Assembly (NCBI GenBank): GCA_027493295.1
Contig: JAPVWS010000464.1
Location: forward strand, 1-41,983
Length of the DNA stretch: 41,983 nucleotides
From: Candidatus Versatilivorator vitaminiformans
GTDB taxonomy: Bacteria; Acidobacteriota; Terriglobia; Versatilivoradales; Versatilivoraceae
Direction: 5' to 3'
The stretch's first letter is position 1; each line of letters opens with the position of its first letter. Below, one piece after another: positions 19,090 to 26,973 of the stretch. Under the pieces are notes generated by a model. It searched no databases, had not been told where the DNA came from, and saw nothing but the letters and a program-made list of their open reading frames with translations. The position numbers and the translations under genes were made by a program.

Positions 19090-19401
19090 CTATACCCCTA
19101 TAAACAGTCGAAACGGCGATGGATTACAATTTTTTTTCGGAGGGGCACTTCGGGACTGTCTGAAGCCCTGTGGCGAATACGATCGAGCGCGTGCATCAAT
19201 GCGGCGCTTGAGCAAAGCGATGGCAGGGTTCATGCGGACGGCGACATTGCTGCGGGAGACATGAAGGCGTCGAGAGATTTCCTTGTTGGAGAACCCTTGG
19301 TAGAGGCACAGCTTGATGACCTGGCGGCAGGTTCCTGGCAGCAGATCAATCATTTCCCTTTGGAGAGTCACCACACGGTCATCCTGTCCCCGGGGGATCA
19401 A
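19090..19401 (-). pseudogene. orphan sigma-70 region 4 (ECF-type) fragment
   Basis: LLPGTCRQVIKLCLYQGFSNKEISRRLHVSRSNVAVRMNPAIALLKRRI is a region-4.2 HTH. No region 2 is present, and the ORF's first 23 nt overlap the 3' end of the M56 gene. Confidence 0.55.
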
Positions 19402-21502
19402 GAACGAACTTGATGGTGATGGTGGTAACCACCTCGACCCATTCTCCCTGACGGAGGGTCGGTTTGTACTTCCACTGTTTCACCGCGTCTACAACCGAAG
19501 CAGCCACATGACCGTAAAGTCTCGGTTCTCCATCGATTGTCCTCAGGGCTTGGACTGAACCGTCTTTCCCAATGTTGGCTTCCAGCACCAACAATCCTTC
19601 GATTCCGATAGAGAACGCCCCGGATGGACAGGGCGGTTCCAACCGGTACAGGATCTTCTTCCGCTGCTCGTCCTCGTTGACCCGAACCCGCTCCGACGAT
19701 GGTTGTGAGTCGAACGCGGCGGGTGATCCAAATTTCAGGGCTTGCGTTGGAAACCGGCGCGGAGGTGCAGGGGCCGGAAACCTTGCCGGCACAGTTCCCC
19801 AGGTATCGCCGTCGGCGAACTGAACTCCCAACACGGCAACCGTGAAATCCTCGGGAATCTCTTCTATCGGGAAGTAGATGACATATGGATGAAACACACG
19901 ATTGTGCGGGTCCGAGCGTAGCCAATTTTGAGGAGGGAAGTGTCTAAATGGGCCACGAAGGAATCTTTGGGCACGTTTTCCAGGCATACGGTCGGTCGAG
20001 AACGAGCCGTGGGGTTCCAGGTCAAGCTGATACATCTCGGCGTGCACTGTACGCCGGAGGGAGGCATGGCGGAACTTCAACCGGACAGCAGTGATCTTCC
20101 TGGCCGTTCGACTGGATAAGCTGACACGCGGCAGGAGCAGGTAGACGCCTACCCGCTCGACCTTCATCGCCCTCAAACCGGCATCGGTGATGAGAATCGG
20201 ACTGCCTGGCGAATTTAGAAACGATATCGGTAATTCCGGACTCTGCTCGATTTGCTGCAAGGTGATAGTGGGAGGAGGAGATCCTATCCGGTTGTTACGC
20301 ATGGATTCATCGACCAACGGTCCGCATTCGCTGCCGGACATGCGCACCACCGCACTCACGTCTTTCGGAATCCCTTCCCGACTGGTTTGGATCCGTGGTG
20401 AGTATCTATTGGTCGCACCGCTCCAAGTCGCGTAGGCATCACGGTTCACAAAACCCGCGCCCAAGGAAAAGACGGCCAGCCCCCCCACCAGTCCAATGAT
20501 CAAGGCGCGTTCCGGGGCGCCGAGCTTTCTCGGTGGCTCGGTGGACAGGAGATGTTTCATCCGTCGCTTGAGGCTTGCGCCGCCAATGGAAGAAATTCCG
20601 ACCAGCCGCTGCTCCACGCAGGCCCTGGCAACCTTTAAAACTCCCGAGACATAGGTCTCCGGAGATTTCCCAAGCCGTATGACTTCCTCATCGCAGGCTC
20701 GCTCCCTCTCCTCGGACAACTTCCGGTCGATGAGCCAGGCAAGAGGATAAAACCACAGGACAGTCGTAATCGCTTTCTGGAGGACTACAGCCAGGTTGTC
20801 CCTGCGCTCCACATGTAGCAGTTCGTGGAGCATGACTGCTTCCAGTTCCTCGTCGCTCAAGCGGCTTGCGGCGGCTTCGGGCAACAAGACCGTAGGTTTC
20901 CGAATTCCCCAGAGTCCTGCTACGGTGACTTTGTCCGAAACGAGGATATCGACGTCCCGATTCAACAGAAGCCAGGAGCGGACTCGCTTCAGGACCTGCG
21001 TTTCTCTGGAAGAGACGAGCGCAAAGCGGGTCTTGACGGCCCAGGCCAGGTTCAAAGAGCCTCTCGCCCAACGAAAAGCAAAGAACGCCAACCCAGCCAG
21101 CCAGGTCAGCGTGAGCGCGCAATACAGTTCGTTGTGGTCTTCAGCGGACACGGGCTGACCGGCAACGGGCTGGCCCAGCAGCAAGGGCTTGAGGATTTCA
21201 TAAGCGGGTCTTCCCGGGTCGACGGCTTGAGCCCCATGGGTTGACTGTTCCGGGAGTGGGGGGGAAAGGGATGGCGCGGCGGAAGGAATTTCCGATACCA
21301 GCCATGCCAACAGGACCGAGGGAACGAGCAGCTTGAACGCGGCCAGCAGCCAGAACCAGTAACGGGTACTTGCCGGCGTCCGCTTGAGCAACCGGACACC
21401 CAATGCCAGCAATCCGACGAAGAGAGTTGCCTCCCAGAGGTGGACCAGGACATTGGGCCACAGCCAGGAAGACAACTCTGCCAGCCACGGGTGCGTGTTC
21501 AT
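19379..21502 (-). CDS. BlaR1/MecR1-like M56 metallopeptidase fused to a TonB C-terminal-like domain
   Basis: N-terminal TM segments and the zinc motif HELLHVERRD with downstream ERACDE. A further TM (ALIIGLVGGLAVFSLGAGF) is followed by about 300 aa I cannot assign. The C-terminus resembles TonB_C (G.LVLEA.I.KDG.V......I...........A.VDAVKQWKYKP....G). Confidence 0.88.
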   Translation of the reverse strand: MNTHPWLAELSSWLWPNVLVHLWEATLFVGLLALGVRLLKRTPASTRYWFWLLAAFKLLVPSVLLAWLVSEIPSAAPSLSPPLPEQSTHGAQAVDPGRPAYEILKPLLLGQPVAGQPVSAEDHNELYCALTLTWLAGLAFFAFRWARGSLNLAWAVKTRFALVSSRETQVLKRVRSWLLLNRDVDILVSDKVTVAGLWGIRKPTVLLPEAAASRLSDEELEAVMLHELLHVERRDNLAVVLQKAITTVLWFYPLAWLIDRKLSEERERACDEEVIRLGKSPETYVSGVLKVARACVEQRLVGISSIGGASLKRRMKHLLSTEPPRKLGAPERALIIGLVGGLAVFSLGAGFVNRDAYATWSGATNRYSPRIQTSREGIPKDVSAVVRMSGSECGPLVDESMRNNRIGSPPPTITLQQIEQSPELPISFLNSPGSPILITDAGLRAMKVERVGVYLLLPRVSLSSRTARKITAVRLKFRHASLRRTVHAEMYQLDLEPHGSFSTDRMPGKRAQRFLRGPFRHFPPQNWLRSDPHNRVFHPYVIYFPIEEIPEDFTVAVLGVQFADGDTWGTVPARFPAPAPPRRFPTQALKFGSPAAFDSQPSSERVRVNEDEQRKKILYRLEPPCPSGAFSIGIEGLLVLEANIGKDGSVQALRTIDGEPRLYGHVAASVVDAVKQWKYKPTLRQGEWVEVVTTITIKFVLDPPGTG

Positions 21503-21546
21503 GGGAGATAGCGCTCCTCACCTGCTGGCAGGCTCCTGTCCGGAAC

Positions 21547-21966
21547 TCACTCGGGCTTCGGATCCAAGTCAGCGGTCCCCGCTCGGCGGGTCTTTCTTTC
21601 CTTGAGGATCCCTTCCAGTTCCCTCAGGTCTTCCAGCGTCAGTTTGCCCGTGTCGGCCAGATGTGACATCACCGGTAGGGGGGAACCGCTGAACATCTCC
21701 AGAAAATCGTGCACCAAACGGCGGTAGGCCTGCCTTCGGGTGATGACCGGGACAAAGACATAAGCGTTCCCGATCTTTCGCTGTTTTCGCAGGGCTCCCT
21801 TTGCCTCCAGGCGAAAGACCAGCGTTTGGACGGTCGTATAAGCGAGCTTTTTGCTGACAGGCAGCTCCTCCAGAATCTCCCTGATGGACGCCCTGCCGAG
21901 TTTCCAGAGCGCTTCCATCGCCTTGAGTTCAAGAGGCGAGAGTTTGATATGGTTCCCCTTTGTCAA
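21547..21966 (-). CDS. BlaI/MecI/CopY-family transcriptional repressor
   Basis: LSPLELKAMEALWKLGRASIREILEEL.....AYTTVQTLVFRLEAKGAL......G.AYVF.P is the winged-helix N-terminal domain of the family. TTG start at 21966 has an AAAGGAGG SD 7 nt upstream and lies 14 nt after the preceding stop. Confidence 0.88.
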   Translation of the reverse strand: MTKGNHIKLSPLELKAMEALWKLGRASIREILEELPVSKKLAYTTVQTLVFRLEAKGALRKQRKIGNAYVFVPVITRRQAYRRLVHDFLEMFSGSPLPVMSHLADTGKLTLEDLRELEGILKERKTRRAGTADLDPKPE

Positions 21967-21979
21967 GAAGACACCTCCT

Positions 21980-22618
21980 TTACCTCTTATTGCCGAGAAC
22001 AGGACTGGTATTGGTGATCGTGTAGTCCTCCGGAATCGCAAAGACCGACGCACTCGGTTCCCCCTGCCGGATATTGAAGAATTCCCTGATCAGGCGGGCT
22101 CCACCAGGAAAGGTGACGTCAGACTTGACGATCAATTGCAGGGCCTCGGAAAACCAGGACCCACCGGGGGACAATTCTCCATTCACGAAGTTTGGTTTGC
22201 CCACGCACTCCACACCATTGATGACTCGTCTGCCCAAGGGTTCCGATCCTGGTGAAACCCTGAAGGGAGAGGGCAGCAGCGGGAGCGGCAACTGTCTCAT
22301 GAGCCGCGCGGTCTTCCGATCGTGATTGATGAGATAGACGTTGCCGGTGGCGGCATCCTTGAAGTGTGCCCGTCCGGTTGGCTGCCCATCCTCGACGTTG
22401 ATCCGGGTCCTCATCTCCGAACCTGAGGACGCACGAAACAGCACACCGGTGGACTCTTCCAGCAGTTCCTCCGAACCATCCGGCAGCGTTCGATAACTGA
22501 GCTCTTTGAATTGAGCTGTCAAGGGGAGCCACTGTCCTTGCAGTACCAGGGGAAGGGTCAATCCGAGAACAAGTGTGGCGCAAAACGACAGATATCTGCT
22601 CGTAGTCTTTCCGTTCAT
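21980..22618 (-). CDS. secreted protein of unknown function (paralog of the N-terminal domain of 17852..18997)
   Basis: ATG 22618 with a GGAGGTG SD. Signal peptide ..SRYLSFCATLVLGLTLPLVLQG. Motifs shared with the thioredoxin fusion: DGSE, FRASSGS, YLINH, REFFNIRQGEPSASVFAIPEDYTI. Confidence 0.75.
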   Translation of the reverse strand: MNGKTTSRYLSFCATLVLGLTLPLVLQGQWLPLTAQFKELSYRTLPDGSEELLEESTGVLFRASSGSEMRTRINVEDGQPTGRAHFKDAATGNVYLINHDRKTARLMRQLPLPLLPSPFRVSPGSEPLGRRVINGVECVGKPNFVNGELSPGGSWFSEALQLIVKSDVTFPGGARLIREFFNIRQGEPSASVFAIPEDYTITNTSPVLGNKR

Positions 22619-22718
22619 TGTTTCACCTCCAAAGGATCTGACGTCCCTGATAGAGTGCGATCCATAGTCACAACATCGGTCGAAGGGAAGACCGTTCATT
22701 CAAAGCAGGCAACTCTTC

Positions 22719-22762
22719 TATAGGGATAACGTAATTATACCTATATATGTAGTAGTCATCAA
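22719..22762 (-). promoter_or_regulatory. candidate sigma-70 promoter with an overlapping 27-bp palindromic operator
   Basis: On the minus strand, TTGATG (22762..22757), a 17-nt spacer, then TATAAT (22739..22734). The dyad tatagggataac-gta-attatacctata (22719..22745) matches at 10 of 12 arm positions and covers the -10 box. It sits in the most AT-rich patch of the window, about 100 nt upstream of the first gene of the repressor/protease operon. Confidence 0.45.
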
Positions 22763-22918
22763 CAAATTTTTTTATCCTGATGCGACCATCACAACGGTCT
22801 CTGATTAATCGATGGAGCCATTCCCACGCGCTAGGACCTCGAGTTGCAAGATACCCTTCTCTCGTGACCGCCACACATGTAGCCGCGAGGGGCGCCCGGC
22901 CTCTGCACCGGACTCCGC

Positions 22919-23998
22919 TTACCGGGCGCCGGCTAGCTGCATGGGGTGGTGGAGCCGGTAGTGCCAGGCCAGCACGTCCCGGCCGAAGTCTCCGTCGAAG
23001 TCTCTCCAGACGGAATGGCTGTGGTTGTTGTTGTTCTGGGTATTGTCGTATTCGATCAGAAAGGAAGGGGCCTGCACCCGGTAGTAGTCACCGGCTCCCG
23101 GTTTCACCGAGCCGGCCCAGGCGAAGAAGAGCTGGTCCGAAGGGGTTTTCCGGGCCTTTTGCATCCGTCGCTCGGCGACCTCGTCCGGAAGGATGTTGGC
23201 ATACTCGCCGATCAGGGCCATCAAGCGGTTCACCTGCGCGGCGGTCATTTCCGAGGCCGCCAACCCTGACGGCTGGCCTTCCAGCTTGGCCCGCGAATCC
23301 GCCTTGGTGAGGACATCGGGATAGGCAGTCTCGGCCACCACCGCCTTGCCGAGCTGCCTGGCGTTCAGAGACCGGACCAGGGCGCGCGCCAGGTCCTCCT
23401 CCTTGGCCAGGGCTCTCATGCCCTGGTAGCGGCCCGCCAGCACCCGGTGGGGGTTGGCTCCCAGGAAGGTGGGGCTGGCCGAAACCAGGTGACCCTCCTT
23501 GAAGGTGAAATTCAGGGAAATGTGGTGCCCCTCCACTCGGAAGCCCCAGGTCCCCTCGTGCGACGGCTTGCCGAAAACACTGAAGTAGTACTTGTCGATG
23601 TCCCGGTTTCCGGTAGTGTCCTTCTCCAGCACCCGCAGGATCTCCTCCAGGGTCTGGACCGCCATCACCTTGGCGAAGCCGGCCTGGCTCAGACCGGCGG
23701 CCAGCAGAGCATCGGCCAGTCGGCGCTGTTCGGGAGCCATGCCCTTGTAGTTCACCCCTTTTCTGGCGTAGCCGTATTCCCTGGCGAAAGCGCTGTCCGG
23801 GAAGAAGTGCCACACCGTCCGGGTCTGGTGGCTGAAGTCGTAGACCACCTTGGCCCGCTGCTCCTCCGTGAGCGAGTTCACAAACCGGGTGGCGGTTTCA
23901 TACAGGACCGTCTCGGTCCTGGTCCGGTGGTGGGCCGCCACAAGGGCCAGGGCGCAAACGGCCAGCGCGCAGAGTCGGAAAGTCGTGGGCTTGGTCAT
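22919..23998 (-). CDS. DUF3500 domain protein (secreted)
   Basis: Signal peptide MTKPTTFRLCALAVCALALVAA. The blocks W.F.P, YYFS.FG.PS....WG.R.EGHH.SLN, FLGANP and FLIEYDN.QNN.NH.H.VWRD are as I recall for DUF3500. Confidence 0.8.
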   Translation of the reverse strand: MTKPTTFRLCALAVCALALVAAHHRTRTETVLYETATRFVNSLTEEQRAKVVYDFSHQTRTVWHFFPDSAFAREYGYARKGVNYKGMAPEQRRLADALLAAGLSQAGFAKVMAVQTLEEILRVLEKDTTGNRDIDKYYFSVFGKPSHEGTWGFRVEGHHISLNFTFKEGHLVSASPTFLGANPHRVLAGRYQGMRALAKEEDLARALVRSLNARQLGKAVVAETAYPDVLTKADSRAKLEGQPSGLAASEMTAAQVNRLMALIGEYANILPDEVAERRMQKARKTPSDQLFFAWAGSVKPGAGDYYRVQAPSFLIEYDNTQNNNNHSHSVWRDFDGDFGRDVLAWHYRLHHPMQLAGAR

Positions 23999-24185
23999 GC
24001 AACCCTCCTGGTCATGTTGTTTGAGTTTCCTGAATCATACTCCAAGCGGGTCGCCGATCCTAGCCCGCATTTCTCACCAGGACGCTGGATTCTAATTGAA
24101 AGTCCATTGTTTTCAGCAACTTGTTGGTCCCATTGGAATGCCTTGCGGTTACAGACGGCGCTGGGCGTGCCCGGGCTAGTCCGCC

Positions 24186-24947
24186 TCACTCCTTGGCCTG
24201 CTGCAGGTAGTTCTTGACCGCCGGGCCCAGCACCGACTCGATGGAGACGGCGATGAAGCGAGCGCCCTTTTGCCGCCACGCCCGGGCGGTCTCAACGTCG
24301 CGCACCATGAGTCCCAGGGCCACATCGGTAGGGACCACGGCGTCGGCGATGCGCTGCATGGCTGCCTGGACCTCGGGGTGTTGGGCCTGACCCGGCAGGC
24401 CCAGCGACTGGGACAGATCGGAAGGCCCGATAAAGACCACGTCGATCCCGCCCACCTTCAGGATTTCGGGCAGGTGGTCCACCGCCCGGGCGGTCTCGAT
24501 CTGCAGCACCACCAGGGTCTCGGCGTTGGCCTGTTTGGTGTACTCCCCCAGGGACTGGGTCTGTCCGTAGTCGGCGGCCCGCACTCCCGCCAGACCGCGA
24601 ATTCCCAGGGGTTGGTATTTCACCGAGCGAACGGCGGCCTCGGCCTCGGCCGCCGTCTGCACCCAGGGCACCAGCAGTCCCTGGGCTCCGGTGTCCAGAA
24701 ACCTCAGGATAATGGGCTGCTGATTGGTGGTGACCCGAACGATGGGCGTCACCCCCCGCAGCTCCGCCGCCCGCGTCATGTTCTCGCAGTCCCGCGGCTC
24801 CACCGTCCCGTGTTCAGCGTCGAAGACCAGAAAGTCCCATCCCTGATATCCCAGGAATTCAATCAGTCCCGGATCGGGATAACGCACGAAACTCCCGTAG
24901 ACGGTCTCACCGGCCTTCAACTTGGCTTTGGTTGTGTTCTTCTGCAA
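24186..24947 (-). CDS. HpcH/HpaI-family class II (metal-dependent) aldolase
   Basis: The 253-aa product has G.F......P...E.L...G.DF...D.EHG, P.VRV, GA.G..VP.V.TA.EA...V...KY.P.G.RG, V.QIET..A, .IDV.FIGP.DLS.SLG. This is the family's TIM-barrel pattern. Confidence 0.88.
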   Translation of the reverse strand: MQKNTTKAKLKAGETVYGSFVRYPDPGLIEFLGYQGWDFLVFDAEHGTVEPRDCENMTRAAELRGVTPIVRVTTNQQPIILRFLDTGAQGLLVPWVQTAAEAEAAVRSVKYQPLGIRGLAGVRAADYGQTQSLGEYTKQANAETLVVLQIETARAVDHLPEILKVGGIDVVFIGPSDLSQSLGLPGQAQHPEVQAAMQRIADAVVPTDVALGLMVRDVETARAWRQKGARFIAVSIESVLGPAVKNYLQQAKE

Positions 24948-25012
24948 TAAAGCACCCCCTCTAATCTATCCTGCCTGTCCGGACCGGTCGATGAAGCCGG
25001 CCGTTTCGCATT

Positions 25013-26029
25013 TCATCCAGGGTTACCGACGCTTACCGGCCGGTTTTCCCGATAAGACCTCCAGGCCGCCAATCCCAGTTCCACCGCGCGCCGCCCGTCC
25101 CGGCCCGTGACCGGCGGCTTGGAGTCCTCCAGCACCGACCCGACAAACGCTTCCATCTCGGCCAGGTAGGACTCCTGGTAGCGTTCCAGGAAAAAATAGA
25201 GGGGGAGCGGGCCGCTAACCTCCTGGCTATTGCTGTAAACGGCTTGATGGGAGGTGTGGTTGCCCACCACCACCTGACCCTCGGAACCGAAAACCTCCAC
25301 CCGCTGGTCGTAGCCGTAAACGGCCCGGCGGCTGTTGTCGATGGCGCCCAGGGCGCCGTTGGCGAAGCGCAGCATCACCACCGCCGTGTCCAGATCGCCG
25401 GCCTCGCCGATGGCCGGGTCTATCAGCGTGCTTCCCGTGGCATAGAGCTCCTCGACCTCGTCGCCCGCCAGGAAGCGGGAGATGTCGAAGTCGTGGATGG
25501 TCATGTCCAGAAAAATTCCGCCCGAGGCCTTCACGTACTCGGCGGGGGGAGGTTCGGGGTCCCGGCTGGTGACCCGGACCAGGTGGGGTGTCCCGATCCT
25601 GCCGGCGGCCACCGCCTCCCGCGCCTGGTGAAAGCTGGGATCGAAGCGCCGGTTGAATCCCACCTGCAGCTTCACCTCGAACTCTCGTACCGCCTCCAGG
25701 GCGTCATCGATCTGCTGCAGATCCAGCGCCAGCGGCTTCTCGCAGAAAATATGCTTCCCCGCCGCCGCGGCCTCCCGGATCAGTTCGGGATGAGTGGGCG
25801 TGCTGGAGCAGATGACCACCGCGTCGATGGAGGGATCCTCCATAATGCGGGCCGTCTCCGGGGCGGAGGCGGGAATCCCGAAATCGGCGGCGCAGCGCTC
25901 GGCGGCCTTCAGGGAAATGTCCACCACCGCCGACAGGCGGGCTTGCGGAATGCGGCGGGTCAGATTGTGTGCGTGGATTCGCCCGATGCGGCCTGCACCG
26001 ATCAGGCCCAGGTTGAGCTGAGCAACCAA
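25013..26029 (-). CDS. iolG: Gfo/Idh/MocA oxidoreductase, likely inositol 2-dehydrogenase
   Basis: LGLIGAGRIGRIHA, H.FCEKPLAL, VGFNRRFDP and FLDM.IHDFD match myo-inositol 2-dehydrogenase-type members. It is immediately upstream of iolE/iolD homologs. TTG start at 26029 with GAGG 8 nt upstream. Confidence 0.78.
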   Translation of the reverse strand: MVAQLNLGLIGAGRIGRIHAHNLTRRIPQARLSAVVDISLKAAERCAADFGIPASAPETARIMEDPSIDAVVICSSTPTHPELIREAAAAGKHIFCEKPLALDLQQIDDALEAVREFEVKLQVGFNRRFDPSFHQAREAVAAGRIGTPHLVRVTSRDPEPPPAEYVKASGGIFLDMTIHDFDISRFLAGDEVEELYATGSTLIDPAIGEAGDLDTAVVMLRFANGALGAIDNSRRAVYGYDQRVEVFGSEGQVVVGNHTSHQAVYSNSQEVSGPLPLYFFLERYQESYLAEMEAFVGSVLEDSKPPVTGRDGRRAVELGLAAWRSYRENRPVSVGNPG

Positions 26030-26059
26030 GAATAGAACCTCACAGAGAACTACGCTCGA

Positions 26060-26947
26060 TTATCCGATCCCGATGGCCCTCAGATACTCCCGGGTTCGCC
26101 TGGCGATGGGCAGGGGCTTGTCGAAGGGAGCCGGATACATGTCCTGCTCCACGATGGCATAGCCGCTGTAGTCGATCTCCTGCAGCACCCGGCACAGGGC
26201 CGGGAAATCCACCACTCCCTGGGAAGGCTCGCAGAACAGGTCCATGCCCACCGCGTGGGCAAAGGGAATGTTCTCCTCGGCGACTCTCCTCTGCAGATCG
26301 GGCCGGACGCTCTTGAGATGGAGATAGGGAATCCGACGGTGGTGGCGCCGAAGAAAGCTGATCGGATCGCCTCCCCGGTAGGCATGATGGCCGGTGTCCA
26401 GACAGAGCACCACTCGCTCGGGATCGGTCTGGCTCAGCAGCCTTTCGATCTGGTCCTCGTATTCCACGTGGGTTTCGGCGTGAGGATGAAACACCACCTG
26501 CAGGCCGAACCGTTCCCTGACCAGGTCGACCACGTAATGGACCCGGTCGACCAGGTGCTTCCAGGCCTCGTCGTCCAGCTTGCCGGGAGCGGTGGGCTCG
26601 CCCGTCCAGAGATTGGTATAGGTGTCGTCGATCAGGATGAGGTACTCGGCGCCGAGATAGGCCAGGGACTCCCCCGCTCCCAGGATCTGCTTCTCCAGAC
26701 CCGGCCAGGCGGCGTCGTCTTCCAGGTGTCCCATGGCGAAGGTGCCCGAAGCCCGCAGACCGCGCATTGACAGCTCGTTCTGAAGCGTGGCCCGATCGGT
26801 GGGCAGATAGCCGTAGGGCCCCAGTTCCGTCCACTCATAACCCGCTTCGGCGATTTCGTCCAGGCAGCGTTGCCAGGGAATCTGCTTGTCGTCGCTGGGA
26901 AACCAGACACCCCAGCTATCGGGGGCACTGCCGATCTTGACGTCCAT
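26060..26947 (-). CDS. iolE: inosose dehydratase-like sugar-phosphate isomerase/epimerase (xylose isomerase-like TIM barrel)
   Basis: MDVKIGSAPDSWGVW......IPW...L.EIA.AGY..TELGPYG, FHPH..T.V, LDTGH and GY.G..IVEQD parallel B. subtilis IolE. ATG 26947 chosen. TTG 26977, which overlaps the iolD stop by 4 nt, is an alternative. Confidence 0.82.
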   Translation of the reverse strand: MDVKIGSAPDSWGVWFPSDDKQIPWQRCLDEIAEAGYEWTELGPYGYLPTDRATLQNELSMRGLRASGTFAMGHLEDDAAWPGLEKQILGAGESLAYLGAEYLILIDDTYTNLWTGEPTAPGKLDDEAWKHLVDRVHYVVDLVRERFGLQVVFHPHAETHVEYEDQIERLLSQTDPERVVLCLDTGHHAYRGGDPISFLRRHHRRIPYLHLKSVRPDLQRRVAEENIPFAHAVGMDLFCEPSQGVVDFPALCRVLQEIDYSGYAIVEQDMYPAPFDKPLPIARRTREYLRAIGIG

Positions 26948-26973
26948 GGCGGTTCCGGCCCTCCCCAACCGGT

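Noticed and set aside
22668-22874. The 68-aa ORF (-) in the AT-rich region upstream of the repressor operon
   Set aside because: It spans the candidate promoter and operator, has no SD, and its Tyr/Ile/Arg-rich middle reflects AT-rich DNA.
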